Shown: positions 36,710 to 45,327 of the stretch, piece by piece | Position numbering within the stretch: the stretch's first letter is position 1 | Layout: the number at the start of each line of letters is the position of its first letter | Origin: a virus | IMG/VR virus record: IMGVR_UViG_3300021962_000031 | Direction: 5' to 3' (one strand) | DNA length: 64,000 nucleotides | Position numbers and translations under genes: made by a program | Notes under the pieces: model-generated | What the model was told of the DNA's origin: nothing | The model's input: the letters and a program-made list of their open reading frames with translations, nothing else | Database searches by the model: none

Positions 36710-38332
36710 TCATGTCATCTGAAAAACCTTGCGCACGACTAACGAGTTCCGTTTCGGGTCTCGTTCGCCCTGCACCAAAACCGTGTTGCCCTGAGTAAGG
36801 AGGTGCTTATATTCCTCCCACGGCTCAGAGAAACACACGACATCATCGAGAACGCCCGACGAGTCGGACAAAGTGAGGAACGCCATAAACGTCCCCTTCT
36901 TTGTTTTGAAGGACCGTGCGGCCCGAACTTCAACCCCCAGCAGGAGGAAGCCGGTCTTGCCAGCCCGAAATTCGCCACAGGTCGTATTCGCATCGCCCAG
37001 ATCGCAACCGTCAACGCGGGAGCAGGTCAAGGCAAAACCAAAAACCTGTTCTTCAGCCCAAGCCATCCAGGCAGGATGATCGTTAATAGGAGTCGGTGGA
37101 TTTTCCAACAAATCAGCTTGGCCACGAATTAAGGCGCCGCGCTTCACATTGGCGACCCCACCGCCTTCTTTCTTCGGTTTAGCCAGCTTGCGAAGCAAAT
37201 CAATGAAGGTTTCACCCTCATAATTTTTGGCTGCCCACTCCGCTTCCTTGTCAGTCAGTTTGACATCCAATTCAGCCAACATCCGCTGGCGTTTTATACC
37301 CGTCCAATCCAAGGCTCCGGCCATGATCAGCTTATGATTCACGGACGGCGTCTCGGCGGCGACATGGAGAAGCCACTCAGCCCAGGTGAAGGTGGTGGCT
37401 TTCTTGTCCAACTTCGCCTCGGCTTTGTTCATGGCTTCAAAGAGCTTGTGCAAGTTGGACTGGCCTAGCCCCTTGATATTACTCAAGCCAAAGTGGATAT
37501 CGACTCCGTCCGTCCAAAAGGTCAGTTGGCGACAGCGCACATCGGGGGGGAAGACTTCGATCCCAGCCCGCCTTGCGTCCTCGACCAGCTCCATCACCTC
37601 TTGGTCAGGATCAACCTTGTCTTCAGCGAAGGACAACCAGGAGGTGTAAAACTGCACCGGGAAGTGGGACTTGAGATAGGCGGTGTCGTACCCAGTCAGC
37701 CCGTAGCTCATGCTGTGGGACTTGTTGAATTGATACCGACCGGACTTCTCAATCCAGCCCCAGATGGTCTCGGCCACATCCATGGAGACCACCTTGATCT
37801 TTTCCGCTCCTTCCAGAAATAGTTTTTTGACCTCAGCCATTTCCTTCTGGTCTTTTTTGCCGATGGCCTTGCGCAACCGGTCAACCTGCTTGAGATCGAA
37901 ACCGGCCAACTTGGCCCCGATCTGCATGGACTGTTCCTGGTACACGAGAATCTGCTCAGTAGGAGACAGAATCTCGTCGAGAGCGGGGTCAAACGACTCC
38001 ACCGGCTCTTCCTTGTTGACGCGACGGCAGTAGTGTTCGGTCAAAGAAATGCCGTTTTCATCCTTGGCTGCCAAACAACCTGGACGCAAAAGGGCGCCCA
38101 GAGCCGAAAGGTGTTCGTTATTCCTGGGGCGTAACTTCTTAGCCCAAGTAGCACCCAAACGACTCTCTAGCTGAAAGACTCCCTTGGTATTGCCAACCGA
38201 CATGAGGTCCCACGCCAAGTTACAATCTGGCAAGTTGGAGACATCCACATCAAGCAGAGGCAAAGCCCCAGGCCGGGGCGGGTCTCCCACCACCGGCCAA
38301 ACGCAACCACAAGGGAGGCTAAAATGACTCAT
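36710..38332 (-). CDS. dnaE: DNA polymerase III alpha, C-terminal half (fingers, HhH, OB)
   Basis: GVFQLES, LLRPG, VYQEQ, LRKAIGKK, YQFNKSHS, FGLSNIKGLG, MAFLTLSD; ATGA-coupled to the exonuclease. Confidence 0.92.
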   Translation of the reverse strand: MSHFSLPCGCVWPVVGDPPRPGALPLLDVDVSNLPDCNLAWDLMSVGNTKGVFQLESRLGATWAKKLRPRNNEHLSALGALLRPGCLAAKDENGISLTEHYCRRVNKEEPVESFDPALDEILSPTEQILVYQEQSMQIGAKLAGFDLKQVDRLRKAIGKKDQKEMAEVKKLFLEGAEKIKVVSMDVAETIWGWIEKSGRYQFNKSHSMSYGLTGYDTAYLKSHFPVQFYTSWLSFAEDKVDPDQEVMELVEDARRAGIEVFPPDVRCRQLTFWTDGVDIHFGLSNIKGLGQSNLHKLFEAMNKAEAKLDKKATTFTWAEWLLHVAAETPSVNHKLIMAGALDWTGIKRQRMLAELDVKLTDKEAEWAAKNYEGETFIDLLRKLAKPKKEGGGVANVKRGALIRGQADLLENPPTPINDHPAWMAWAEEQVFGFALTCSRVDGCDLGDANTTCGEFRAGKTGFLLLGVEVRAARSFKTKKGTFMAFLTLSDSSGVLDDVVCFSEPWEEYKHLLTQGNTVLVQGERDPKRNSLVVRKVFQMT

Positions 38333-38985
38333 GCGATCAGGGTGCTTTTGGCACACGCCCCCTTGAAGTTGATCTTTTCAGCGTAAAAACGATGCACTTT
38401 TAAGAAACGGACAATCAATTCTGCCGTCTGTTTCGTGTCTATCATCGCCGAGTGCGCCCCATCCTTGCTCAATCCGAAATAACCGCGAAGCGTATCCATC
38501 TTGCGGTCGGGCAGTTCCTCGCTGTTGTGAAACCAGAACTCCAGCATGTCTTCAAGGTCATAGACCTTTCGGCGATGGAAAAGGTTTTGATCACCGTTCT
38601 TGTCGGTGAAACCATACTTCTGACACAAGCGATTGAAGATTGGCAGATCAAACAGTCGGATGTTTTTGCCAGCGGCAATAGGGGCCGACCCGAACGAATT
38701 ACCCTTGGGATTGAACCGCTTGATGAAGGTGGCAAAGCTCCTCCAAACGGCCTCCTGCTCAGGGGCTTTTTTCAATTGATCCCGCGTCTTACCGTTGACG
38801 GCCAGAGCCTGGTCTTGCAGGAGAGAGAAATCAGTCGGCTTGCACAGGCTGTAGAATGTGCCATCGGGCACGACCGACAGAGTCCGCGGGTTGATCGCCA
38901 CCGCAGCAATCTCAATCGGTTCGGTGGTCCTGATGTCAAGACCACCAGTCTCAAAATCAAAACAAATGATGATGTTACTGGTCAT
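38329..38985 (-). CDS. DEDDh 3'-5' exonuclease (DnaQ/epsilon-like)
   Basis: FDFETGG, NIRLFDLP, AHSAMID. Confidence 0.9.
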   Translation of the reverse strand: MTSNIIICFDFETGGLDIRTTEPIEIAAVAINPRTLSVVPDGTFYSLCKPTDFSLLQDQALAVNGKTRDQLKKAPEQEAVWRSFATFIKRFNPKGNSFGSAPIAAGKNIRLFDLPIFNRLCQKYGFTDKNGDQNLFHRRKVYDLEDMLEFWFHNSEELPDRKMDTLRGYFGLSKDGAHSAMIDTKQTAELIVRFLKVHRFYAEKINFKGACAKSTLIA

Positions 38986-39275
38986 TCTCCACCCTCCACT
39001 TCCTCGACCCACAACCGGATTGATTCACCATCGTTGACGATTTCGTGTTTCAGTTCGCAAGTGGGCGATTCTCCGGCAGAGATGAAAGCATTGGTCATAT
39101 TGACCTCGCCGCCTGCCATGATCACCAAGGCCTTGATCATGTGGCCGAGTTCTTCGCCAAGCTTTTTCTTGCTTTCGGTCAATTCTGCCAAAGCATCTAA
39201 AAGCGCAAGATTATGCGCCACAACCCTTTGCGGAAAGTCCATTTCTTCTGACTCTTCTTCAAATTTGTCAAACAC
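38982..39275 (-). CDS. Small acidic hypothetical protein
   Basis: Overlaps both the dnaE-N stop and the exonuclease start. Confidence 0.6.
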   Translation of the reverse strand: MFDKFEEESEEMDFPQRVVAHNLALLDALAELTESKKKLGEELGHMIKALVIMAGGEVNMTNAFISAGESPTCELKHEIVNDGESIRLWVEEVEGGE

Positions 39276-41193
39276 GCACGGCTCCCCCTTTTAGAAGCGA
39301 AACGGCCCCCTGAATTTTGTCAAGCGCAGCCACCCCAAGAATGTCAAACTTGACAAAACCCATGGCCTCAAGATCGGCCATCTCAACCCCACAAATCCTG
39401 CGATTCGTAGACTTATCAAAGATCATAGGACAATTGTCAGCTAATGATCTAGGTGCAATCACAACACCAGCAGCATGTTTTGATTGATTTCGTTTGGTTC
39501 CTTCCAGTCGTATGGCTTGGGCGAATTCTGCCGCAAGAGGACCATCTAAAGTCCCATCATCTTTTAGACGGCACCATGGCGACAGTTCCTTCACATTGTT
39601 TTCTAGCGCCCACATCAGGATGCTGGCCTCGCCAGTCTCCTCGCGCATTTCCTGGAGTTCATCGGCAATAGCAGCTTCATCAGGAATATGCTCAGTAATT
39701 TTATTTATTTCATCAAAAGTTCCTTTTTCATGAGCGCGTAAAACATCCTTGATGGCTGCTCTTCCTTGTAGGCGCGAGAAGGTAACCATCTGGGCCACCT
39801 TGTCCTCGCCGTACCGTTCACGCATATGCTGAACGACCTCGTCACGGTGGGAGATGGGGAAGTCGCAGTCAATGTCAGGCAAGGACACGCGACCTGGCTG
39901 ATTACGGCCTGCGTTATAAAAACGCTCAAACAATAAGCTGTATTTGACTGGGTCCACGTTGGTGATATCTAGAAGATAACTCACTAAACAGCCAGCACCC
40001 GAACCACGCCCCTTACCGACCAACCAACCCTGACTCCGTGCCCAGTTGCAATATTCCTGCACGATCAAAAAGTAGGGAGATAAACCCGCCTCCATGATGA
40101 CGGCCAGTTCCCTCTTGATCCGATCTCCATAAACGCCATGATCGGCCTTGTCGGAGGTGATCCCGGGCAGCTTGCGTTTCCATCCTTCACGGCAAAGCTG
40201 GCGAACATAATCGTCAGCTGACATGTCGTTAGGGCAGTCGAACTGGGGCAGGAAGGGCTTGGACAGAATGTCGTAGTCCCCGCACAATTCGGCGATTTCC
40301 AAGGTAGCATCGATCTCATGGGACTCGTGCAGGCCTTTGACTTCGTCAAAATCGGGAATGTGGTAGCGATTGCTGCGGAAAAAGCCACCCAACGAAACAT
40401 CTTCTTGCTTGGCGAGAGCAGCCTGAATGGTAGGCAGGGTTGTCTGCATGGCCGAACATAACAACACCCGCTGGTCAGCAGCGTCCTCTTGGGCCGGATA
40501 GTGGGCGTCTGGAGTGCTGACGGTCTTCAGGCCATGCTTCTTAGCGTAATAACGCAGGGCGCGAACCCCCACCATAGCGGCGGGCAGGTTCTCCTGATCG
40601 ACCGCCTGGATTTCTACCCAAACATTCTCAGCTCCAAACAAGTCGCGGTAACGCTTGGTGATATTGTTCAGGCGGGTTTCCCAGTCCGATGCCACCATTG
40701 CTCGGGCCTGCTCGTAAGTCTGCGCCCCATAAACAGCCTTGGGGTTAATAAACAGAGCATTGAAAAAGTCGCTTCCCGGGTGGCCAGAGAAGACGATCAG
40801 CTTGCCGTCTGCATGCTTGCCAAGAAGGTCAAGGTCAAGGCGGGGCTTGCGATAAAAATGGTTGGGGTCGTTACTAGCGTTTGAAGCCTGGATAAGGCGT
40901 TTCCAACCCTCCTCCCCCTTGGCCAACACGCACAAGTGCGATAGCGCACCGTTCTCCTGGCGCTTGTCAAACGCCGGACCTTGGCAGAGATAGAACTCGC
41001 ACCCCAGGATAGGTTTGATATTCTTCTTCCGCAAAGCCTTGGAAAAAGCGGCAACGCCAGAAAGCGTACCGTGATCCGTGATGGCGCAGGTCTTGTAGCC
41101 CAACTTTTCACAGCGGGCCGCAATAGCGTCCGGCTTAGAAAGGCCGTCAAGAAGAGAAAAATAACTGTGACAATGTAGCGGAACCCAACTCAT
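39268..41193 (-). CDS. dnaE: DNA polymerase III alpha, N-terminal half (PHP, palm, thumb)
   Basis: LHCHSYFSLLDG, ITDHG, DAHY, GRGSGAG, PDIDCDF, HAAGVVI, KFDILG. Confidence 0.93.
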   Translation of the reverse strand: MSWVPLHCHSYFSLLDGLSKPDAIAARCEKLGYKTCAITDHGTLSGVAAFSKALRKKNIKPILGCEFYLCQGPAFDKRQENGALSHLCVLAKGEEGWKRLIQASNASNDPNHFYRKPRLDLDLLGKHADGKLIVFSGHPGSDFFNALFINPKAVYGAQTYEQARAMVASDWETRLNNITKRYRDLFGAENVWVEIQAVDQENLPAAMVGVRALRYYAKKHGLKTVSTPDAHYPAQEDAADQRVLLCSAMQTTLPTIQAALAKQEDVSLGGFFRSNRYHIPDFDEVKGLHESHEIDATLEIAELCGDYDILSKPFLPQFDCPNDMSADDYVRQLCREGWKRKLPGITSDKADHGVYGDRIKRELAVIMEAGLSPYFLIVQEYCNWARSQGWLVGKGRGSGAGCLVSYLLDITNVDPVKYSLLFERFYNAGRNQPGRVSLPDIDCDFPISHRDEVVQHMRERYGEDKVAQMVTFSRLQGRAAIKDVLRAHEKGTFDEINKITEHIPDEAAIADELQEMREETGEASILMWALENNVKELSPWCRLKDDGTLDGPLAAEFAQAIRLEGTKRNQSKHAAGVVIAPRSLADNCPMIFDKSTNRRICGVEMADLEAMGFVKFDILGVAALDKIQGAVSLLKGGAVRV

Positions 41194-41213
41194 CAATCCC
41201 CACCTTCCCCTGC

Positions 41214-41792
41214 TTATTCTTCCGCAACAAAATTGAAATAGCGAACTTGATCCTTGACCCACCCAAGGAACTTGTCCATGTCGCGAAAATGACCGTCAAC
41301 AGTCAGATGTCCCCGGCTGTTGTAAAGTCTCGGAAAGAGAATAGTAGAACCGCCATGCTCCAAAAATCTCTTGGCGTTCACTTCGTAGTCGTCAATAAGA
41401 ATTTTGCCGTATCCGGCCATCAAATGCTTGGAGGCGCCCACAACAAAACGATGACTGTATTTGGGTAGGTGCTTATTGATCCAAGCAATCTTGCCCTCGG
41501 TGCAACCGGGAGTAGAGGCGGGAGCGGTCGCAATCACCACTCTTTCCCCAAACACTTCCTCCACAATACCCAACACCTTATCGTGTTCTTCAGTCTTGGG
41601 CAGGTTGGCCCAGAAGTCGTAGCCCATTGGCTCCCAGAACTTCTTCTCGTTGTCGCCAACAAATCCAAGTTTGTGGTGAAAATTCCAACAATCCACATCT
41701 TTGTGAGTCACAGGAAGATTGTGGAGGGCGATGGCCCCGGCGGTAAAATCCGCCAGGACCCCGTCCAAATCAAGGTAGCAGGTCAACTTCAC
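41214..41792 (-). CDS. HAD-family 5'(3')-deoxyribonucleotidase (NT5C-like)
   Basis: YLDLDGVLADF, GKIAWI, ILIDDY. Confidence 0.88.
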   Translation of the reverse strand: MKLTCYLDLDGVLADFTAGAIALHNLPVTHKDVDCWNFHHKLGFVGDNEKKFWEPMGYDFWANLPKTEEHDKVLGIVEEVFGERVVIATAPASTPGCTEGKIAWINKHLPKYSHRFVVGASKHLMAGYGKILIDDYEVNAKRFLEHGGSTILFPRLYNSRGHLTVDGHFRDMDKFLGWVKDQVRYFNFVAEE

Positions 41793-42115
41793 CGGTTGTC
41801 TCCGCTCCCTTGCAGAGTGCCACGCTCCTTGCGGCTGGTCAGCTTGGCCATGTTGCGCCTAGCCACATCGTCCAATGTAATGCCAAGGTCGGTAGCAAGA
41901 TTAGCGATATACCAAAGAACATCTCCGAGTTCATCGATCAATTGCTCCTTCTTGTCGTCAGTCAACCTTCCACCGTCGTCGCGCAAGGTTTTCTTTACCT
42001 TGTTGCATATTTCGCCCGCTTCGCCAGCCAGTCCGAGGGCCGGGTAGATCACCTTGGCCTCAAGCGGGTAAATGGCTGTTGTGCGGGCTTCCAGTTGATA
42101 ATTGGATAGGCTCAT
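41789..42115 (-). CDS. MazG-like nucleotide pyrophosphohydrolase
   Basis: LGLAGEAGE, DELGDVLWY, GSGDNR. Confidence 0.92.
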   Translation of the reverse strand: MSLSNYQLEARTTAIYPLEAKVIYPALGLAGEAGEICNKVKKTLRDDGGRLTDDKKEQLIDELGDVLWYIANLATDLGITLDDVARRNMAKLTSRKERGTLQGSGDNR

Positions 42116-42600
42116 GGCTGTTCGACAAGCTCCTTTTGATCCGCGGCGTAAGTCGGGCCGTGACCCAAATCCGTGAGTCGCTCCTGCCGCAAGAGGTCCT
42201 CACTTTTCATAAAGCCCTTGAACTCGTAAGGGCCTGGAAACTCGCCCACAATGAGCGAGTAGACATCTAACCCGGCACACTTTTCTACCTTGCCAGGCAC
42301 AGCCAATAATCGGCCGTTTTTGTATTTGGTTGCCTTCACATCCACCGTTGTCCCGCAATGAAGAGTTGCGTCAAATGCGGGCCGTTCCTCAAGTTGCATG
42401 TCCGGGAAGACATTGACCATTTTGCAGAAGGCAATTTCCGCTGCGATGCCTTCCAAGTCCGTCACCGAACAATCTTGAGGGCCAATCTTGCCATCCTTGG
42501 TGTTCGTTGACCTGTTCTTATCATACCTAGCTTTCGCTAGGAATCTTGCCAGTCTCTGCTCGGCTTCGTTCAATTCGGTTTTTGTTCCGATCTTTAACAC
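42112..42600 (-). CDS. Hypothetical protein, possible restriction-endonuclease-like fold
   Basis: GIAAEIAF...FDA...VDVKAT pattern. Confidence 0.45.
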   Translation of the reverse strand: MLKIGTKTELNEAEQRLARFLAKARYDKNRSTNTKDGKIGPQDCSVTDLEGIAAEIAFCKMVNVFPDMQLEERPAFDATLHCGTTVDVKATKYKNGRLLAVPGKVEKCAGLDVYSLIVGEFPGPYEFKGFMKSEDLLRQERLTDLGHGPTYAADQKELVEQP

Positions 42601-42617
42601 GCCGCTACCTCGGAAGA

Positions 42618-43658
42618 TTATATGGGCTGACTATTGGGTTCGTCAACCTTTTCGGTTCTGCCTCCACCAGAACCATAACCAGCCCAGGGTTCCCCCTTGG
42701 CGTACTTCGCAACAACTTTGTCTAAGCCAAGCTGGAGAATCTCGTTTCGATAATGATTGCAGGTGGACAGACCCGTCTCCGGGTGTTCATCTTTGTAGAA
42801 GGAGCAGAGGCGGCTGCACTTCCAGTTGTTAGGGTCGCGGTCGAGTATGCGGGAGGGGAACTGATCGTCTTTGATCTTCTCAAATTCCTTGCGGATCATG
42901 TCTAGGGTTTCGGGCAAATCCGAACGCTGCATACACAAACTAAAAGGACCACCGTCCTGGACAAAGAAAATCGTCATCAGGATTTCGTCTTTGGGATAAA
43001 GATGGCACAAAGCATAGTGATAAAGCCGCAGCTGGAAGTCGGAATACATGTCGTCGTATTCTTTGACTTTGTCCTTGGCCCAATCCCGCCGTTTACCCGT
43101 CTTCCAGTCGATGTATTCAATCAGACCGGGCCGGATGCGAGTCACAAGGTCCATAGTGCCGCGCAGGATAAGATTGCCCTGGTAGGTACGACCATCGGGG
43201 AGAGTGTAATCGTACTGCGCCCACGGCTCCTTGATCTCAATCTCAAAATATTCCTCGGGCATGACAACCTGACGGTTGACTGGGCTGAACATGCCATCAT
43301 TGAAAAGCAGCACATCCCAGGTCCATTGTTCGCATTTCTTGCGGTCGCCCTTGGTCCAAGGGTGGACGCTGCGTTCCGGGTTGGTGTAATGATTCCAGCC
43401 CGCCTCGATAGCCAACTCCGGGGTGAAAGTGGCCGTGTCAAACTCCATCGCCACTTCAGGGTCGGAAAAAGTCTTTTCCTTGTTCTGGTGAGCCAGCTTC
43501 TTGCGGGCCAGCAATTCCAGCGCCTTATGGACAATATTGCCACTCTCGGCCTTTTTGCCCGAAGGTTCCTTGTGGCCAAGGTTGGATGTGAGAAAAAACT
43601 TGTGGGGGCACCACCCGTAAGAACCCACAGAGCTAGACCGTAAAAAAGTGACGATCAA
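42618..43658 (-). CDS. PD-(D/E)XK exonuclease (RecB/Cas4-like)
   Basis: WCP, GNIVHKALE, RGTMDLV, IDWKTG, QLRLY, C-terminal C..C. Confidence 0.85.
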   Translation of the reverse strand: MIVTFLRSSSVGSYGWCPHKFFLTSNLGHKEPSGKKAESGNIVHKALELLARKKLAHQNKEKTFSDPEVAMEFDTATFTPELAIEAGWNHYTNPERSVHPWTKGDRKKCEQWTWDVLLFNDGMFSPVNRQVVMPEEYFEIEIKEPWAQYDYTLPDGRTYQGNLILRGTMDLVTRIRPGLIEYIDWKTGKRRDWAKDKVKEYDDMYSDFQLRLYHYALCHLYPKDEILMTIFFVQDGGPFSLCMQRSDLPETLDMIRKEFEKIKDDQFPSRILDRDPNNWKCSRLCSFYKDEHPETGLSTCNHYRNEILQLGLDKVVAKYAKGEPWAGYGSGGGRTEKVDEPNSQPI

Positions 43659-44272
43659 CGACTCGCCCTCCGCAGATATTTAATCGTGGCATCAAGCTGC
43701 TCGTGGCGCGTCATGCCGGTATTGTCAACCAAAGCTTTGAATGGATAAGTCTCAAGAGAGGTTTCGCTGGAGTGAGAATCTCCGCTTATACCTCTGGTTA
43801 AACCGACCACCCACCCGCCTTCTTCCTCAATCGCCTCGCACTCGTTGGGAAAACGCAAATCGGCGACAACAGAGAGAACCTGGCCATCCTGGGCCTCCTC
43901 GTATTCCGCAATGGCATTCAAGGTGGCGTTGATGTGAACTTTCGCAATCATTTTGCGCAAAATATCCGTGCCAAAATATTGCAAGACTTCACGCACTCTC
44001 ATGTTGCCGAAAGGTCGCGGCTCTTCCATGAGAGAATAGGTCGGCATGTTTTCCCAAAAAAAATGACTATACCGCTCTTTGTCTTCTTGGGTTCCGTAAA
44101 CCAATTCGGCTGGAAGACCCAGTAGTTTTACGGATACTTCTTTCAAGGTGTCGGCAAAATGAAAAACTCTACCACCCACAAAGTAGGGATTGATCCAATG
44201 GCGATGCTCAACCAAATCTTTGGCTAAAGTATCTTTACCCGCTCCTTTTTTGCCAGCAATTCCGACCAACAT
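43655..44272 (-). CDS. Deoxynucleoside monophosphate kinase
   Basis: GKKGAGKDT, FADTLK, REVLQYFGTD, DLRFPNE, HSSE. Confidence 0.9.
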   Translation of the reverse strand: MLVGIAGKKGAGKDTLAKDLVEHRHWINPYFVGGRVFHFADTLKEVSVKLLGLPAELVYGTQEDKERYSHFFWENMPTYSLMEEPRPFGNMRVREVLQYFGTDILRKMIAKVHINATLNAIAEYEEAQDGQVLSVVADLRFPNECEAIEEEGGWVVGLTRGISGDSHSSETSLETYPFKALVDNTGMTRHEQLDATIKYLRRASR

Positions 44273-45327
44273 TATTTCAATCTCCCTAAGACCTGCTTCA
44301 CTTCGTCGGCGGTGAGGTCGCCCGGATCACGACCTTGGCCTGGACTAACGGTCTGAACTCGAAATGATCGCGCAAGTTGTCCGACTATCTTCTGAGATGC
44401 TAGTTGTCCAGCCTCATCATCGTCAAGTAAAACAACTACGCGATTTGCCCCAGAAGATTCTAACAGAACTTGCTGTGCATCACTCAATGAAACACCCAAT
44501 ATTGCAACTGCGTTGTGATAACCAGCTTCCCACAATCTCCAAACATCGCAGGGTCCCTCAACGAGAATGATCGTGCCATTCCTGCGGGCGTCTCGGAAAG
44601 CAGTGAATTGGTTGTACAAAACACGCGATCTCGAAAAACCTGCCGTGTGCATCCATTTGGGCTGAGAGTTGTTGAGAGTGCGTCCAGAAAAACCCAATGC
44701 CATTCGACCAGCATGATCATAAATCGGTACTACGGCACGGTTTGCGAATGGCCCTTTAAAAGTGTCTCCAACATCAAAATGCTCAAGCACTTCTCTGCTG
44801 AATTTCCGATCAAGGAAAAAATTGCTGGGCAGCACATCCATGCGTGAACGTACCTGTTCTCGCGACCACTTACCTACGGGGCCGCTTTCCACGCAAAGAA
44901 CACGAGCCTGGCTTACGAATTCCCTTTGGGATTTGTCGATAGATGGAAGTGGGTCGCCCCCCTTCAAACCGAGCAGGGTTTTAATGAATTTTTCAGTTTC
45001 TGAAACGCTAGCAATTTGGTTGCCCTCTGTTGACCAGCCATAACGCTGACGAGAAAGGGCACCACGGACAAACCCAAATGTGTCATCACGAAAAACCTTT
45101 TCGCAACCCCTAGTAAAACATTGCCAGTAGCCCATGGAAGCGTTGTAGTAAATCCGACAACCTGCCGGATTGTCACCACCATGAACTGGGCAGGGGGCGA
45201 AAAACGAGTTTTCTGCGGGTCTATAGTCGAGGCCCAGATTGTCGAGGACTGTCTCCAAACGCTGAGTCGCAAGACTAGCCAATCTGCGAAGACGCTCAAA
45301 ATTCTGCGGTGTCCTTGGTGGAACCAT
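44272..45327 (-). CDS. dnaG: DNA primase (CHC2 zinc finger + TOPRIM)
   Basis: CPVHGGDN...CFTRGC, GFSGR, VEGPCD, LDDDEAG; start uncertain (45327 or 45402). Confidence 0.9.
   Translation of the reverse strand: MVPPRTPQNFERLRRLASLATQRLETVLDNLGLDYRPAENSFFAPCPVHGGDNPAGCRIYYNASMGYWQCFTRGCEKVFRDDTFGFVRGALSRQRYGWSTEGNQIASVSETEKFIKTLLGLKGGDPLPSIDKSQREFVSQARVLCVESGPVGKWSREQVRSRMDVLPSNFFLDRKFSREVLEHFDVGDTFKGPFANRAVVPIYDHAGRMALGFSGRTLNNSQPKWMHTAGFSRSRVLYNQFTAFRDARRNGTIILVEGPCDVWRLWEAGYHNAVAILGVSLSDAQQVLLESSGANRVVVLLDDDEAGQLASQKIVGQLARSFRVQTVSPGQGRDPGDLTADEVKQVLGRLK

Noticed and set aside
38332-39268. Split intein or intron joining the two dnaE halves
   Set aside because: No intein N- or C-terminal motifs at the breaks; the interval is fully occupied by two coupled ORFs
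42618-43658. cas4 of a CRISPR-Cas system
   Set aside because: No other cas genes or array; typical stand-alone phage PD-(D/E)XK exonuclease
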